A DNA stretch of 60,929 bases, counting the filler, from an uncultured bacterium (GTDB lineage: Bacteria; CAYJOG01): NCBI GenBank assembly GCA_964371695.1. It is 7 parts of 7 records of this genome, joined end to end, with 100 filler letters (N's around TTAATTAATTAA, not from the genome) between each part and the next. Parts side by side here need not be neighbours in the genome. Positions count along the whole stretch, not along the records: positions 17,667 to 26,266 come from CAYJOG010000095.1; positions 26,367 to 34,960 come from CAYJOG010000096.1; 5 more parts are not named here. One strand, 5' to 3'. The notes under the pieces are model-generated. The model saw nothing but the letters and a program-made list of their open reading frames with translations, was not told the origin of the DNA and ran no database searches. Positions 20,887 to 30,730 of the stretch are shown piece after piece; position 1 is the first letter of the stretch; every line of letters begins with the position of its first letter. Position numbers and translations under genes: made by a program.

Positions 20887-21735
20887 ATGTCACTCCCACT
20901 GCGTTTGCACCGCACACTGATGAACACCCGTGGCTGGCTGGAGAAGGTTTTTCCGCAGGATGTCGAAACCGACCGTCGGCAGATGATTCAGGGGGCGGGT
21001 CTGTTGCCCAAACCGGCGGGAGTAAGAGAAGAAGACGCCGCAGATTGCCCCGTGCCGGGCCGGTGGTTCACACCCCAAAAAGCGCAGGACCGCACGCTGC
21101 TTTATCTGCACGGCGGGGCCTATGTTTATGGTGGTGTTGAAACGCACCAGAGCCTGATAGGCCGGTTGGCGCTGGCGTGCCGGGCCAGGGCGCTGGGTAT
21201 TGATTACCGCCTTGCGCCGGAGTTTCCTTTTCCGGCGGCGCTGGAAGACGCCGTGGACACGGTGCGCTGGCTCTATGAAAACGGTGTGCCGCCCCAAAGC
21301 TTGGTGATCATGGGCGACTCGGCAGGCGGCGGGCTGACAGCGGCCACGCTGGTGCGCCTGCGGGAGCTGGGCATGCCGCAGCCAGGGGCGGGGGTGTTGT
21401 TGTGTCCGTGGGCCGATCTGGTGGCCGGAGAACACAACGACCCGGCGGTGTGGTATGCCGCCGGTGAAGCCATGGATCATCCCCTGATTTCACCGGTGTA
21501 CGCCGACCTCACGGGCCTGCCGCCGCTGCTTATTCACGGGGCAACGGAAGACGTTGATTTTCCCGATGCCCAGAAAATGGCCAGGAACGCCGAGCGGGAC
21601 GGCGTGACGGCGACGTTGAACGTGTATGAAGGGTGTTTTCATGTGTGGCATGTGTTTGGGGCCACGTTGCCCCAGGCGCGCAAGGCCATTCACGAGATCG
21701 GCGTTTTTGTGCAGGAAACCATACCCTGGCGGTAA
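20887..21735 (+). CDS. Alpha/beta hydrolase, HSL-family esterase
   Basis: LYLHGGAY, DYRLAPEFPFPAALED, GDSAGGGL, LPPLLI, HVW. Confidence 0.92.
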   Translation: MSLPLRLHRTLMNTRGWLEKVFPQDVETDRRQMIQGAGLLPKPAGVREEDAADCPVPGRWFTPQKAQDRTLLYLHGGAYVYGGVETHQSLIGRLALACRARALGIDYRLAPEFPFPAALEDAVDTVRWLYENGVPPQSLVIMGDSAGGGLTAATLVRLRELGMPQPGAGVLLCPWADLVAGEHNDPAVWYAAGEAMDHPLISPVYADLTGLPPLLIHGATEDVDFPDAQKMARNAERDGVTATLNVYEGCFHVWHVFGATLPQARKAIHEIGVFVQETIPWR

Positions 21736-21797
21736 GGGGTTTTGCCCCCGCTGTCGTTGGGTTTGAAAAGTCCACGATGGACTTTTCAAACAGGCTC
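21736..21797 (-). mobile_element. Truncated MITE family 1 end
   Basis: ggggttttgccccc...gtttgaaaagtccacgatggacttttcaaacaggctc|taa. Confidence 0.7.
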
Positions 21798-22694
21798 TAA
21801 GGTTACGCCATGCCCCTGCGGCGTCAGGTTTTCTTTCCAGCGTTTCTGTATCCACAACCACTGTTCCGGTTTTTCCAGAATGCGCTGTGAGAGGGCTTCG
21901 TTGAACATCGCCGTCACCCGCAGCAGGTCTGCCTGACGGTCTTCTGTCCAGGTGATGGGCAGCGGCCCCACCAGATGCAGCTTGTGATGAAAAGGTTTCA
22001 GCCGTTCGTCATAAATCAGGAACACCGGACAGCCATAGTCCCGCGCCTGGGCCGCCGGGCCAAGAAACGTGGGGGTGGGCACCCCCAGAAAAGGCACGGC
22101 TGGGTGCTCGCGGGTGGCGTAAACGTCCATGAGAATGCCCAGCATGTGGCCCTTTTTCACGTGCTCGGCCATGGGCGCGGCCTGCTCTTTGGTGTTGGGA
22201 AAAAGCACCAGCCCTCCGGCCCTGCGCTGTTGCCACAACAGGGCGTCCAGGCCCTGGTCGGGCTGCTCGCGCACAATGGTGCCGGTGCCAGGATAAAGCA
22301 GCCCCATGGCGGTGCCGGTGTATTCCCAGTTGCCATAGTGCATGGAAATTCCCAGGATTCCCCGGCCCTGGGCCAGGGCGGCGTCATAGTCTGTTTTCCC
22401 CACGATTTCGAGATGATCCAGGCAGTGTTTCAGGTGGCGGTGGTTCCACAGAATCTCCAGCACCGTGAGCGCCAGGTGGTGATACATCCGCCGCAGAAGC
22501 TGTTCGCGCTCGCGCTCATCCGCCCCCACACCCACCCGCGCCATGTTGGCCAGTCCCCGCCTGCGGCCCCTCTTGTCCAGCCCCATGAACAGGTTGCCCA
22601 GCAGCACCGACACTGGCCCCGCCAGCGGCCGGGGCAGATGCCCCAGACACCCCACCGCAAAGGTGCGGAAGCCTCGCAGAAAACGCTCGCGCAT
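21786..22694 (-). CDS. Lipid A biosynthesis / lysophospholipid acyltransferase (LpxL/HtrB family)
   Basis: ISMHYGNWE, GILMD, VPFLG, PEQWLWIQKRWK. Confidence 0.88.
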   Translation of the reverse strand: MRERFLRGFRTFAVGCLGHLPRPLAGPVSVLLGNLFMGLDKRGRRRGLANMARVGVGADEREREQLLRRMYHHLALTVLEILWNHRHLKHCLDHLEIVGKTDYDAALAQGRGILGISMHYGNWEYTGTAMGLLYPGTGTIVREQPDQGLDALLWQQRRAGGLVLFPNTKEQAAPMAEHVKKGHMLGILMDVYATREHPAVPFLGVPTPTFLGPAAQARDYGCPVFLIYDERLKPFHHKLHLVGPLPITWTEDRQADLLRVTAMFNEALSQRILEKPEQWLWIQKRWKENLTPQGHGVTLEPV

Positions 22695-22765
22695 GGAGGG
22701 AGTTTAAGGGAAGTTGGAAGTCGGGAGTTGTCGGTGGGTGGATGGAAGTCAAAAAAAGAAAACGG

Positions 22766-23044
22766 CGTCATTCCCGCGAAAGCGGGAATCCAGATAAAAG
22801 CACAAGCAAAAATCCTTCTTCCTTTTGGTAGTGGGGCGGGCGTCCCCGCCCGCCTGAGCAAATAAGACAAAAAACCTTTTTTTTAATGGCGGGCGGGAGT
22901 TTGCGAGGAATCTTTCCAGATGCCCATTGGGGCATTTGGCCGAGCAAAGGCGATAGCTGGCCCGCCCCACTGAAAGAAAACAGAAAAAGGAAAAAGGTGT
23001 GGTTTTTTTGCTTCAACTGGATTCCCGCTTTCGCGGGAATGACG
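22766..23044. repeat. Inverted pair of ATTCCCGCGAAAGCGGGAAT REPs enclosing a GTAG-type REP and a MITE-internal module
   Basis: Copies at 22766-22792 (+) and 23018-23044 (-). gagtttgcgagga.tctttccagatgcccattggggcat.tggccgagcaaaggcgatagc at ~22897 is also present at ~50932. Confidence 0.8.
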
Positions 23045-23485
23045 TCGGGAGACAGCGGGACGCCGGGAGGCGGCGGGGTTCTTTTTTTGCCGACTTCCCG
23101 CCTCCCGCCTCCCGTTTCCCACCTTCCACCTTCCAAAGGCCGCCTGCTGTTGCAGGGTTGCCGCAGTGAGCGTTTAATTTTTGTCGGATGGGGGCTTTGG
23201 AAAGAAATGCTACGGACTATTCTGTTCGATTAAGTAGTTTTTCTTAACAAAGCTGTCGCCTGGTTCATGCGGCTGCCCAAAAAGGCTCATTCGATAGAAT
23301 TACGCAGATCTGGCCGTAAACACTCGGCACAAAGGTGACAAAAACAACATTTTTCAGCAAAAAATCAAGCAAAATAGCGCTTTTCATTAAGTTTAGAATT
23401 AATCGCTGGTGTTGTTTTTAAAGATTATGCGTCACTGTTGGGGGCTAAAATGTTTGTTTTGGGAGTGCCCAAGAAAATTTAGCCA

Positions 23486-23501
23486 TGGCAACAAAATTGC
23501 T
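23486..23501 (+). promoter_or_regulatory. Candidate sigma-54 (-24/-12) promoter
   Basis: TGGCAACAAAATTGCT matches TGGCA-N6-TTGCW with GG-N10-GC spacing; AT-rich upstream region; ~80 nt before ATG 23584. Confidence 0.5.
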
Positions 23502-23583
23502 AGCTTGTTCATTTCTGATTACCACCTCTATCAAACAGTTTAAAATGACCAATCATCTACCTTTTTTGTCAACAGGAGTGAAC

Positions 23584-26266
23584 ATGGGCTCATCTAAAGG
23601 TTTTTCAGCGCTTTGCCGTGGGGGTTGTTTAAGCCACCTGCGCCTGCTGCTTTTGTTGCTGAGTGTGTTGCTGGGAACGGCCCAGCAGCGGGCCAAGGCC
23701 GCCGTGGTCAACCTGAGCGGCGCCAGCAGCAACGCGGCGGTGAACATCACTCTTTATGTGGGCGGCATTTATCAGGCCACCACCTCAGGGGCCACCTACT
23801 CCTTTTCGGGCATCACTGTCACTGCCGGTGAAACGATCCTGCTCTATTACGATGACGACAACCTGCCCACCACCAACCCCGGCGCGTTGGTCACCATCGC
23901 CACCGGCGCAGACATGTCGGGTCTGGATATTTCCCAGAGCGTCATGCGCATCCGGTCAGACGGCGGGGCCATCACCGATGCGGACATCAGCACCAGCCGG
24001 GGTATTTCCGCCGATGGAGACCTCCCCTTCATCTTCACCCCTGGTTATCTGCAACTGGCCAACGCCAACGCCACCATCATCCATGTGCCCGTCGGCCACA
24101 CCTGGACCCCCACCGAGCGTTTCCAGAACCTCTACACCGCCGGTGTGAACCTGATTGAGGGCACCCTCGCCATGGGCAACTACGGCACCGGCGCGGCCCC
24201 GGCCCAGTTCAGCGGCGAACTCAGTGTGTCCACCACCGGCGTGGTGAACATCGGCTCGGGTTATCTGATGGCCACCCGGCCCATCACCTTCAGGGGTGCG
24301 CTCAACGTGAGCAGCACGGGGGTGTTCCGGGGCGACAACAACATCACCTTTTCGGGCACCGCCAATTACACCGGCGCGGGTACGTTCCTGATGAACACCT
24401 GGACGGGCATTTTTGACGGCACGGGATCCACCTTCACCATGAACCAGAACGGCCTGATCGACTTTCTGGGGTTCAACATCACGGTGGGCACGGTGAACAT
24501 GACCAACGGCACCTTTCGCCTGCGCAACAACGCCGCCACCACCAACTTCAACCCAAACGGCCAGAACTACTGGCACTTTACTTACATCGGCACCAACGCA
24601 CGCACCCTCAACCTGCTGGGCAACCTCACGGTGGGGGGGAACTTTCGTGTGCAGGACGGCACGGTGGACATCGGCGCGAATTCCGTGACCGTGGCCGGCG
24701 CCATGAACTGGGACAACGCCGCCACGCGCATTCTGAACGTGAACACCGGCCAGTTCACCGTGACGGGCGTTACCACGTTGGACAACGACGCCAACATGCT
24801 CATTGGCAACGGCGGCATCTTCACCGCCAACGGGGCCTTCAACACCAACGGCGGGGTGGGGGGGCATGTGCAGTTTGTGGGCACGGGCAACCTGCGCCTC
24901 AACGGCACGGTGGGTGCGCCGGGCACCGCCACGCTCACGGGCAGCGGCACGGTGCGTTATGGCAACACCGCCGCAGCGCAGACCATCCAGGCCTGGGGCA
25001 GCGGTTATTACAACCTGGAAATCCAGAACACCGGCCAGGTGGCCTCCATCGCCGCCGCCACCACGCTGTCCATCAGCAACGGCCTCACCATGAGCAGTGG
25101 CACCCTGGACCTCAACGGCCGCCCCATCGTGCTGAACAACGGCGCGGTGGTGACGCTGTCGGGCGGCACCTTCCGCAGCAACGCAGTGGGGGGCGCGGTG
25201 AGCGCCGCGTCGGGAACCTTCACCTGGAACGACGCCGGGGCCACGCTGGACGTGGTGAACCTGGACTTCAGTGGGGCTGACGCCAGCGGATGGAACAAGA
25301 CCGCAGGCACCATCACCAACTTCAACTATGTGAACTGGACGGGCGGCACCGGCACGTATCTGCGTTTTGCGGTGGGCCTCACCGTGACTCTCACGGGACA
25401 CAGTTTTGACGCCACGGCGCTGAATATCACCACCGTTGGCCCGGCGGTGGGGGTGATCACCATGAACGGCGCGTCGGGCGCGGGCATTGGCGATGGCAAC
25501 GAGAGTCAGGACCCCGGTTATGCCATCAACTGGACCAGCGCGCTCACCCTCAACGGCAATTTCGACGGCACCTCCAACATCTCCTATGCCGTGGATGGCA
25601 TTCTCACCGGCACCTACACCACCAACACCACCCCCTACAGCATCACCCTTTCGGCCACCAGCGGTCAGGTCATCACATTGTGGTACGACGACGGCACCAA
25701 CAATGTGCGGGACGCCATCGTCTACAAGTCCGACGGTCTTTCCCACGCCGACCTTCACTTCATCGCGGGCAAGTTGATTGTGCGCAGCGACACTGCCACG
25801 CCCATCAACAACGGCGACGTGCAGGTGGCCCACACCGGCGACGGCAACCTGCCCTGGACCAACGGGGCGGCGAACCTGATCACCGTGGGCGACAGCGCCA
25901 TTGGCGGCCTGGGGGCCATTGGTCTGTATGTGCCTGCGGGCGAAGAGCTGGAGCAAACCGGCGACGTTGACGTGACGGGCACGAATGGCCTCACGGAAAT
26001 CCACGGCATCATCGACGGCCTGGGTTATGGCATTGACGTGTACAACAGCAACTTCACCGTGGCCAGCACCGCCGTGGTCACCTACACCGATGGCCGCATG
26101 GGCTGCCTCACCACCGGTTATGACTGGAACATCTCCGGCAGCATCACCATAACGGGCAACGCCGGGCGGTTGCGCTCCATCTGCGATTTTGACGCCACCG
26201 GCGCAACGCTCACCTACTCTGGCACGCTGGCCACGCAGACTTGGCTGCGGTTTGACACCGCCAACG
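23584..26266 (+). CDS. Large secreted G/T/N-rich beta-solenoid surface protein, 3' truncated
   Basis: AGGAG SD before ATG 23584; signal peptide ends RAKA; passenger-like repeats (LNLLGNLTVGGNF, LTMSSGTLDLNG); open to the contig end. Confidence 0.8.
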
Positions 26267-26367
26267 NNNNNNNNNNNNNNNNNNNNNNNNNNNNNNNNNN
26301 NNNNNNNNNNTTAATTAATTAANNNNNNNNNNNNNNNNNNNNNNNNNNNNNNNNNNNNNNNNNNNNC

Positions 26368-26958
26368 CACATTCTGGCGGGGGCCGGTGTCAATGCACCG
26401 CTCTGGAAGTTCTTTGGCAGCTTCACCTTTGAAGACGACCCCAAAACCCAATATCAGTCGCTGGTAGACGGCAAGGTGGACGTGCTGCACGACACCTGGC
26501 AGGGCTACACCTATACCCGTGCGTTGAAGGGGGCCTTTCGGGACATCCACCCCCTCGCCTGCCTCAAACAACAACCCCTGGTGATGCTGTCGCTGCGAAA
26601 GGGCGTTTCCATGCCCGTGGCGAAAAAAATCGGGGACTATCTGCTGAGCGCCCACCGCGACCCCGGCCTTGGTCCGGCCAAATGGTTTTTTGTGGCTTTT
26701 CAGGGCCAGTTTGTCTATCTGCCGCCGGACTACCTCAAGAACTACGCCGCCGCTTTTGAAACAGCCCGCAAAAATGGCTGGGTCAAAGAAGCCCGCCAGT
26801 GGCAACAACAATTTGCTCCTGTGTTTTTCCGCCAGTGGCTGCGCGGAATTTCAGCCCACCGCCAAAGCCGCCAGACGGGTCACTTCACCGTCCATTTGCC
26901 ATCGCCGTTCACGTCAAAAAAGATGGGGTTGGTGATGGCGGTGGCCTCGCCAAAATAA
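26368..26958 (+). CDS. C-terminal fragment of a PhnD/SsuA-like substrate-binding protein (apparent paralogue of 47268-48161)
   Basis: Frame open from contig start (HILAGAGVNAPLWKFFG..SLVDGKVDV); KKIGDYLLSA..P and ARKNGW align with the other copy. Confidence 0.55.
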   Translation, partial: HILAGAGVNAPLWKFFGSFTFEDDPKTQYQSLVDGKVDVLHDTWQGYTYTRALKGAFRDIHPLACLKQQPLVMLSLRKGVSMPVAKKIGDYLLSAHRDPGLGPAKWFFVAFQGQFVYLPPDYLKNYAAAFETARKNGWVKEARQWQQQFAPVFFRQWLRGISAHRQSRQTGHFTVHLPSPFTSKKMGLVMAVASPK

Positions 26959-29414
26959 AAGGGGCTGAGGGGTTTGTGGCTGGTGGCCACGGCATAAACA
27001 TAACTGTCGCGGTCCAGCTTCAGGTCCACGATGGTGGTGAAGTTCACCGGCCCCTTGCCCTGGGGAATGTCGATGGTTTTCACGGGCACGCGACCATTTA
27101 CCAGAATGTCCAGCTTCTCTGCGCCAATCCAGTCCGCCGCCTTGATGGTGATTTTCACCTGGGCCTTGCCGTCTTTGGCGCTCACGGTGTCGCCCAGGCG
27201 GCCCGCCAGCTTGCCGTTTTTCAGCGCCAGCATGTCCATGAACTGGCCACAACTCACCACCGCCCTGCCCTTGCGCAGCGCCGTGGTGAAATCCTTCATG
27301 CTCACCTGCGAGAGTCTGGCTTTGCCCGTCAGCACATAGGTGCGGCAAAAGGCGGTGTCCATGGAGGTGTATTCGTGGCTGTCCGACACCCCCGTCATCA
27401 CCACCCGGCGGCCCTGGTTCATGAAGTTGGCCCAGTCCCGCAGCAACTGGCCCATGCGGTCGCGGTGGGGGCCGTTCAGCAGTTCCATGAGGTCAAACCG
27501 CAGGTTGTCGGGAAACAGTTTTTTGTCCCCCGGCACGCCGGTTTCCGGGTCCAGTTTCGCGCCGTCAAAAAACCCCCCCTTGCCCCCCCGGCCATGGTTG
27601 ATCTGCACCAGGATGTCCTCGCCGTGCAGCTTTCTCATGCGCTCAAAAAGCTCCGGCACAATCAGCAGGTGCCAGTTGGGAATGTCCCAGCCGTGGTTCA
27701 GGCCGTCCTGCTTGAACTGAAGGGGAAAAATGTTGAAGTGCCCAGTGCTGTAGGTGGTCATTTCAATGCCCGTCACGCCCAGCATGTCCTTGCCAATGCC
27801 CAGCTTGCGGATGGCGGGCATGGGGTCGGTGACGATGTTGTGATCAGTGGCCACCGCAATATCCAGGCCGTGACCCAGGGCCGCCATCAGTCCGTCTTCG
27901 ATGGTGTGGTCGCTGTCCATGCTGGGCATGAAGTGCATGTGCAGGTCCGCCGACTGCCAGCCGGGGTGATCAAAAGCGCGGGTCATCACCGGGGCGTGTT
28001 TCACCGTCTGGCCCGGCGGAATTTTTACTGAGGAAGACGTGACGCCATAGGCGTAACCCCGGTTGATGCGCACGGTGTAATCCCCGGTGCGGAACAACAT
28101 GTTTTTGGCGGCGTAGCCCTGGGGCACGATGTCGGCGTAGCCGTTCACGCGGGTGCCCATGCCCACGGCGGCGGGCAGGTCGGGCCACTCAAAATTGGGG
28201 GCCACGGTATACACCGCAGGCTGCGGCCCTTTTTTGCCTTTTTCCATCGGCTCCACACGCAGATAACCGGTGGGCGGGCGTTGCAGCGTCATGCCCGCAG
28301 CGTTCACGCCATCGGTTTTCAGCGCGCTGTCTCCCCAGGCCCCGATGCCTTTTTCCGCCGCCACCACCCGCCACTCACCGGCGGGCAGCGACAGGCGCAC
28401 CTCGCAGTTTTTCGCCAGCCGCGCCATGGAAAAAAAAGACTCCGCGCCGCCTTCTTTTTTGAGCACATACACCGGCACGCCCGCGCAGTCGCCCAGGCTG
28501 CCCTTGGCCCGGTTCACCCGCGCACTCACCGGGGCCACCGCCGCCGGGGGCTGGCCAAAACGGATGCTCTCGGCCCGCTGACGGATTTCCTCCAGCCCCC
28601 CCTGCCCCACCAGCGTGTGCAGCACAAACTCCTTGCCGCCCCCAGCGGGCACCTGCAAATCCTGGTAGCCCCCGAAGATGGACGTGTTGTAGGGAAAAAT
28701 GGGGGTGAACGAACGTTTGGGCGCTACCCAGGCATAACTCACGCCGCTGGTGGTGGCCGCCAGATAATCCACCTTGTTGTGCACCATCTGGTGGGTGCTG
28801 TAACCATATTTTGGGGCGACGAGGTTTAGCCCGTCACCGGCGAAAAACCCCATGCCGATGCCCACCATGGCCATGCCTTTTTTCTGGTGCCGGGGTTTGA
28901 GAATGGTGCGCAGTTCAGACTCGCCATCTTTGAGCACATATTCGATGGTGATGCTGAAACCGTGAGGCGGAATGTTGCGGTTGAAATAACTCTCAATGAC
29001 GGGAAAGGGCGAGTCTACGGTTTCCACCACCAGCCGGGCTTCGCCTTTGCCCTGCACGGCCTTCACCGATTTCGCCTCCAGCGTGCGCAGGCCAAAAATG
29101 TTGCCGCCGCTGCTGATGAGGGGAAAAGCCTTGTCATACAGGTCCATGACATTGCCCGATGTGGGCGTCAGGTCCACCACCATGCCGCCATAGGGGTGAT
29201 AACCATTGCTGTAACGCGCCCCTTCCACCACCACGCTGATCTTGCTGTTGCACAGCTTGAAATCCCCCACCCGGCCATCGGCCTTGGGGCCGGTGAGCAG
29301 GTCGGCGCGATCCTTGACCTGAAACACCTTGGCGGTGTCGCAGGGGGTCTTGGCCATGGCCAGCGCGGGCGCAAAAAAGCACAAGGAAAAAAGAGCCAGT
29401 CGTCGGGGGTTCAT
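26880..29414 (-). CDS. Secreted CehA/McbA-family (PHP-like) metallohydrolase
   Basis: Signal peptide; ADLHMH..SMDS, ATDHN, GIE.T..GHFN, INHGR, ELLNG, GVSDSH, AITNPIF. Confidence 0.82.
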   Translation of the reverse strand: MNPRRLALFSLCFFAPALAMAKTPCDTAKVFQVKDRADLLTGPKADGRVGDFKLCNSKISVVVEGARYSNGYHPYGGMVVDLTPTSGNVMDLYDKAFPLISSGGNIFGLRTLEAKSVKAVQGKGEARLVVETVDSPFPVIESYFNRNIPPHGFSITIEYVLKDGESELRTILKPRHQKKGMAMVGIGMGFFAGDGLNLVAPKYGYSTHQMVHNKVDYLAATTSGVSYAWVAPKRSFTPIFPYNTSIFGGYQDLQVPAGGGKEFVLHTLVGQGGLEEIRQRAESIRFGQPPAAVAPVSARVNRAKGSLGDCAGVPVYVLKKEGGAESFFSMARLAKNCEVRLSLPAGEWRVVAAEKGIGAWGDSALKTDGVNAAGMTLQRPPTGYLRVEPMEKGKKGPQPAVYTVAPNFEWPDLPAAVGMGTRVNGYADIVPQGYAAKNMLFRTGDYTVRINRGYAYGVTSSSVKIPPGQTVKHAPVMTRAFDHPGWQSADLHMHFMPSMDSDHTIEDGLMAALGHGLDIAVATDHNIVTDPMPAIRKLGIGKDMLGVTGIEMTTYSTGHFNIFPLQFKQDGLNHGWDIPNWHLLIVPELFERMRKLHGEDILVQINHGRGGKGGFFDGAKLDPETGVPGDKKLFPDNLRFDLMELLNGPHRDRMGQLLRDWANFMNQGRRVVMTGVSDSHEYTSMDTAFCRTYVLTGKARLSQVSMKDFTTALRKGRAVVSCGQFMDMLALKNGKLAGRLGDTVSAKDGKAQVKITIKAADWIGAEKLDILVNGRVPVKTIDIPQGKGPVNFTTIVDLKLDRDSYVYAVATSHKPLSPFYFGEATAITNPIFFDVNGDGKWTVK

Positions 29415-29498
29415 GGGGCCAATTATTAAGGAACGGGTATGGCGATGCGAGGGAAAGTGCTTTTAATCCACCATAAAAGCGGACAACCGCCTCCGCTG

Positions 29499-30728
29499 CT
29501 ATTTGCCCTTCATGGCGTCCATCATGCCAAACATCGGCAGGTACATGGCCATCATGATCACGCCGATGATGCCGCCCACACCCACGGTCATCATGGGTTC
29601 CAGCACGGCGGTGAGTGTGCCCACGGCGGTTTCCACTTCTTGCTCATACAACTCGGCGGCTTTTTCCAGCATGCCGTCCACGTTGCCGGTTTCTTCACCC
29701 ACGGCAATCATGCGGGTGAGCACCTTGGGAAAATAACCGCTGTCTTCCAGCGGCCCGCTCAGCGTGTCGCCCCCCTGAATGGAGGCGATGGAGTTGTTGA
29801 TGGCCTTGGTGAGCAGGTTGTTGTCCAGCACGCCGATGCAGATTTCGAGGCTGCGCACGATGGGCAGACCGCTGGAAAGCAGGCTCGCCAGCGTCATGCT
29901 GAAACTGGCCATGTAAGATTTTTCGAACAGTTCCGAGAACACGGGGATTTTCAGCTTCAGCCTGTCGGTGAGGTCTTTGCCCGCCGCCGTGGCCAAAAAA
30001 CGTTTGGTGAAAACCACCGTGCCGATGATGCCGGGGAACAGGATAAACCACTTGGTGCGGATGCTGTCGCTCACAAACACCACGATGCGCGTGGGCAGCG
30101 GCAGGGTGACCTGGGCATAGAGGTTCTGGAACATGGGCACCACATAAATCATCATGAACGACACCGCCACACCGGTGACCACCAGGGTCACGATGGGCAT
30201 GGTCATGGCCTTTTTGATGGCGGCCCGCACCTTTTTCTGTTTCTCGTAATAACTGGCCAGGCGCAGGAGCACGGTTTCGAGAATGCCGCCCTCTTCACCC
30301 GCCATCACCAGACTCACAAACACCTTGTCGAAAGTCTTGGGATATTTCTCCATGGCCTGATACAGCGGCATGCCCCCGGCCACGTCCAGATAAACCTTGC
30401 CGATAATCTGCGCCAGAACCGGATCGGTGCTGGCCTCTTGCAGCGTATTGAGCGACTGGCTGAAGGGCACCCCGGCCCCCACCAGCGTGGCCAACTGGCG
30501 GGTGAAGATCACCAGGGCGTTGGGGTTGACTTTGCGTTTCTCAAGGTTGCGGAAGACAGGCTCTTTTTTTTCGACCTTGGCCTTTTCCTTCACCGCTTCC
30601 TTGATTTCAGTGACCTTGATCTTTTTGGTGAGCAGGGCCTTTTTGGCGGCGTCCAGGCTGTCGGCGGTAATGGTGCCCTTCACCACTTTTTTGCTGGCGG
30701 TGGCCCCGGTATAAGCAAAGGTGGCCAT
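29499..30728 (-). CDS. pilC: Type IV pilus / T2SS inner-membrane platform protein
   Basis: MATFAY, FTRQLATLVGAGVP, AGEEGGIL, MIAVGEETGNVDGML, MYLPMF. Confidence 0.93.
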   Translation of the reverse strand: MATFAYTGATASKKVVKGTITADSLDAAKKALLTKKIKVTEIKEAVKEKAKVEKKEPVFRNLEKRKVNPNALVIFTRQLATLVGAGVPFSQSLNTLQEASTDPVLAQIIGKVYLDVAGGMPLYQAMEKYPKTFDKVFVSLVMAGEEGGILETVLLRLASYYEKQKKVRAAIKKAMTMPIVTLVVTGVAVSFMMIYVVPMFQNLYAQVTLPLPTRIVVFVSDSIRTKWFILFPGIIGTVVFTKRFLATAAGKDLTDRLKLKIPVFSELFEKSYMASFSMTLASLLSSGLPIVRSLEICIGVLDNNLLTKAINNSIASIQGGDTLSGPLEDSGYFPKVLTRMIAVGEETGNVDGMLEKAAELYEQEVETAVGTLTAVLEPMMTVGVGGIIGVIMMAMYLPMFGMMDAMKGK

Positions 30729-30730
30729 GC

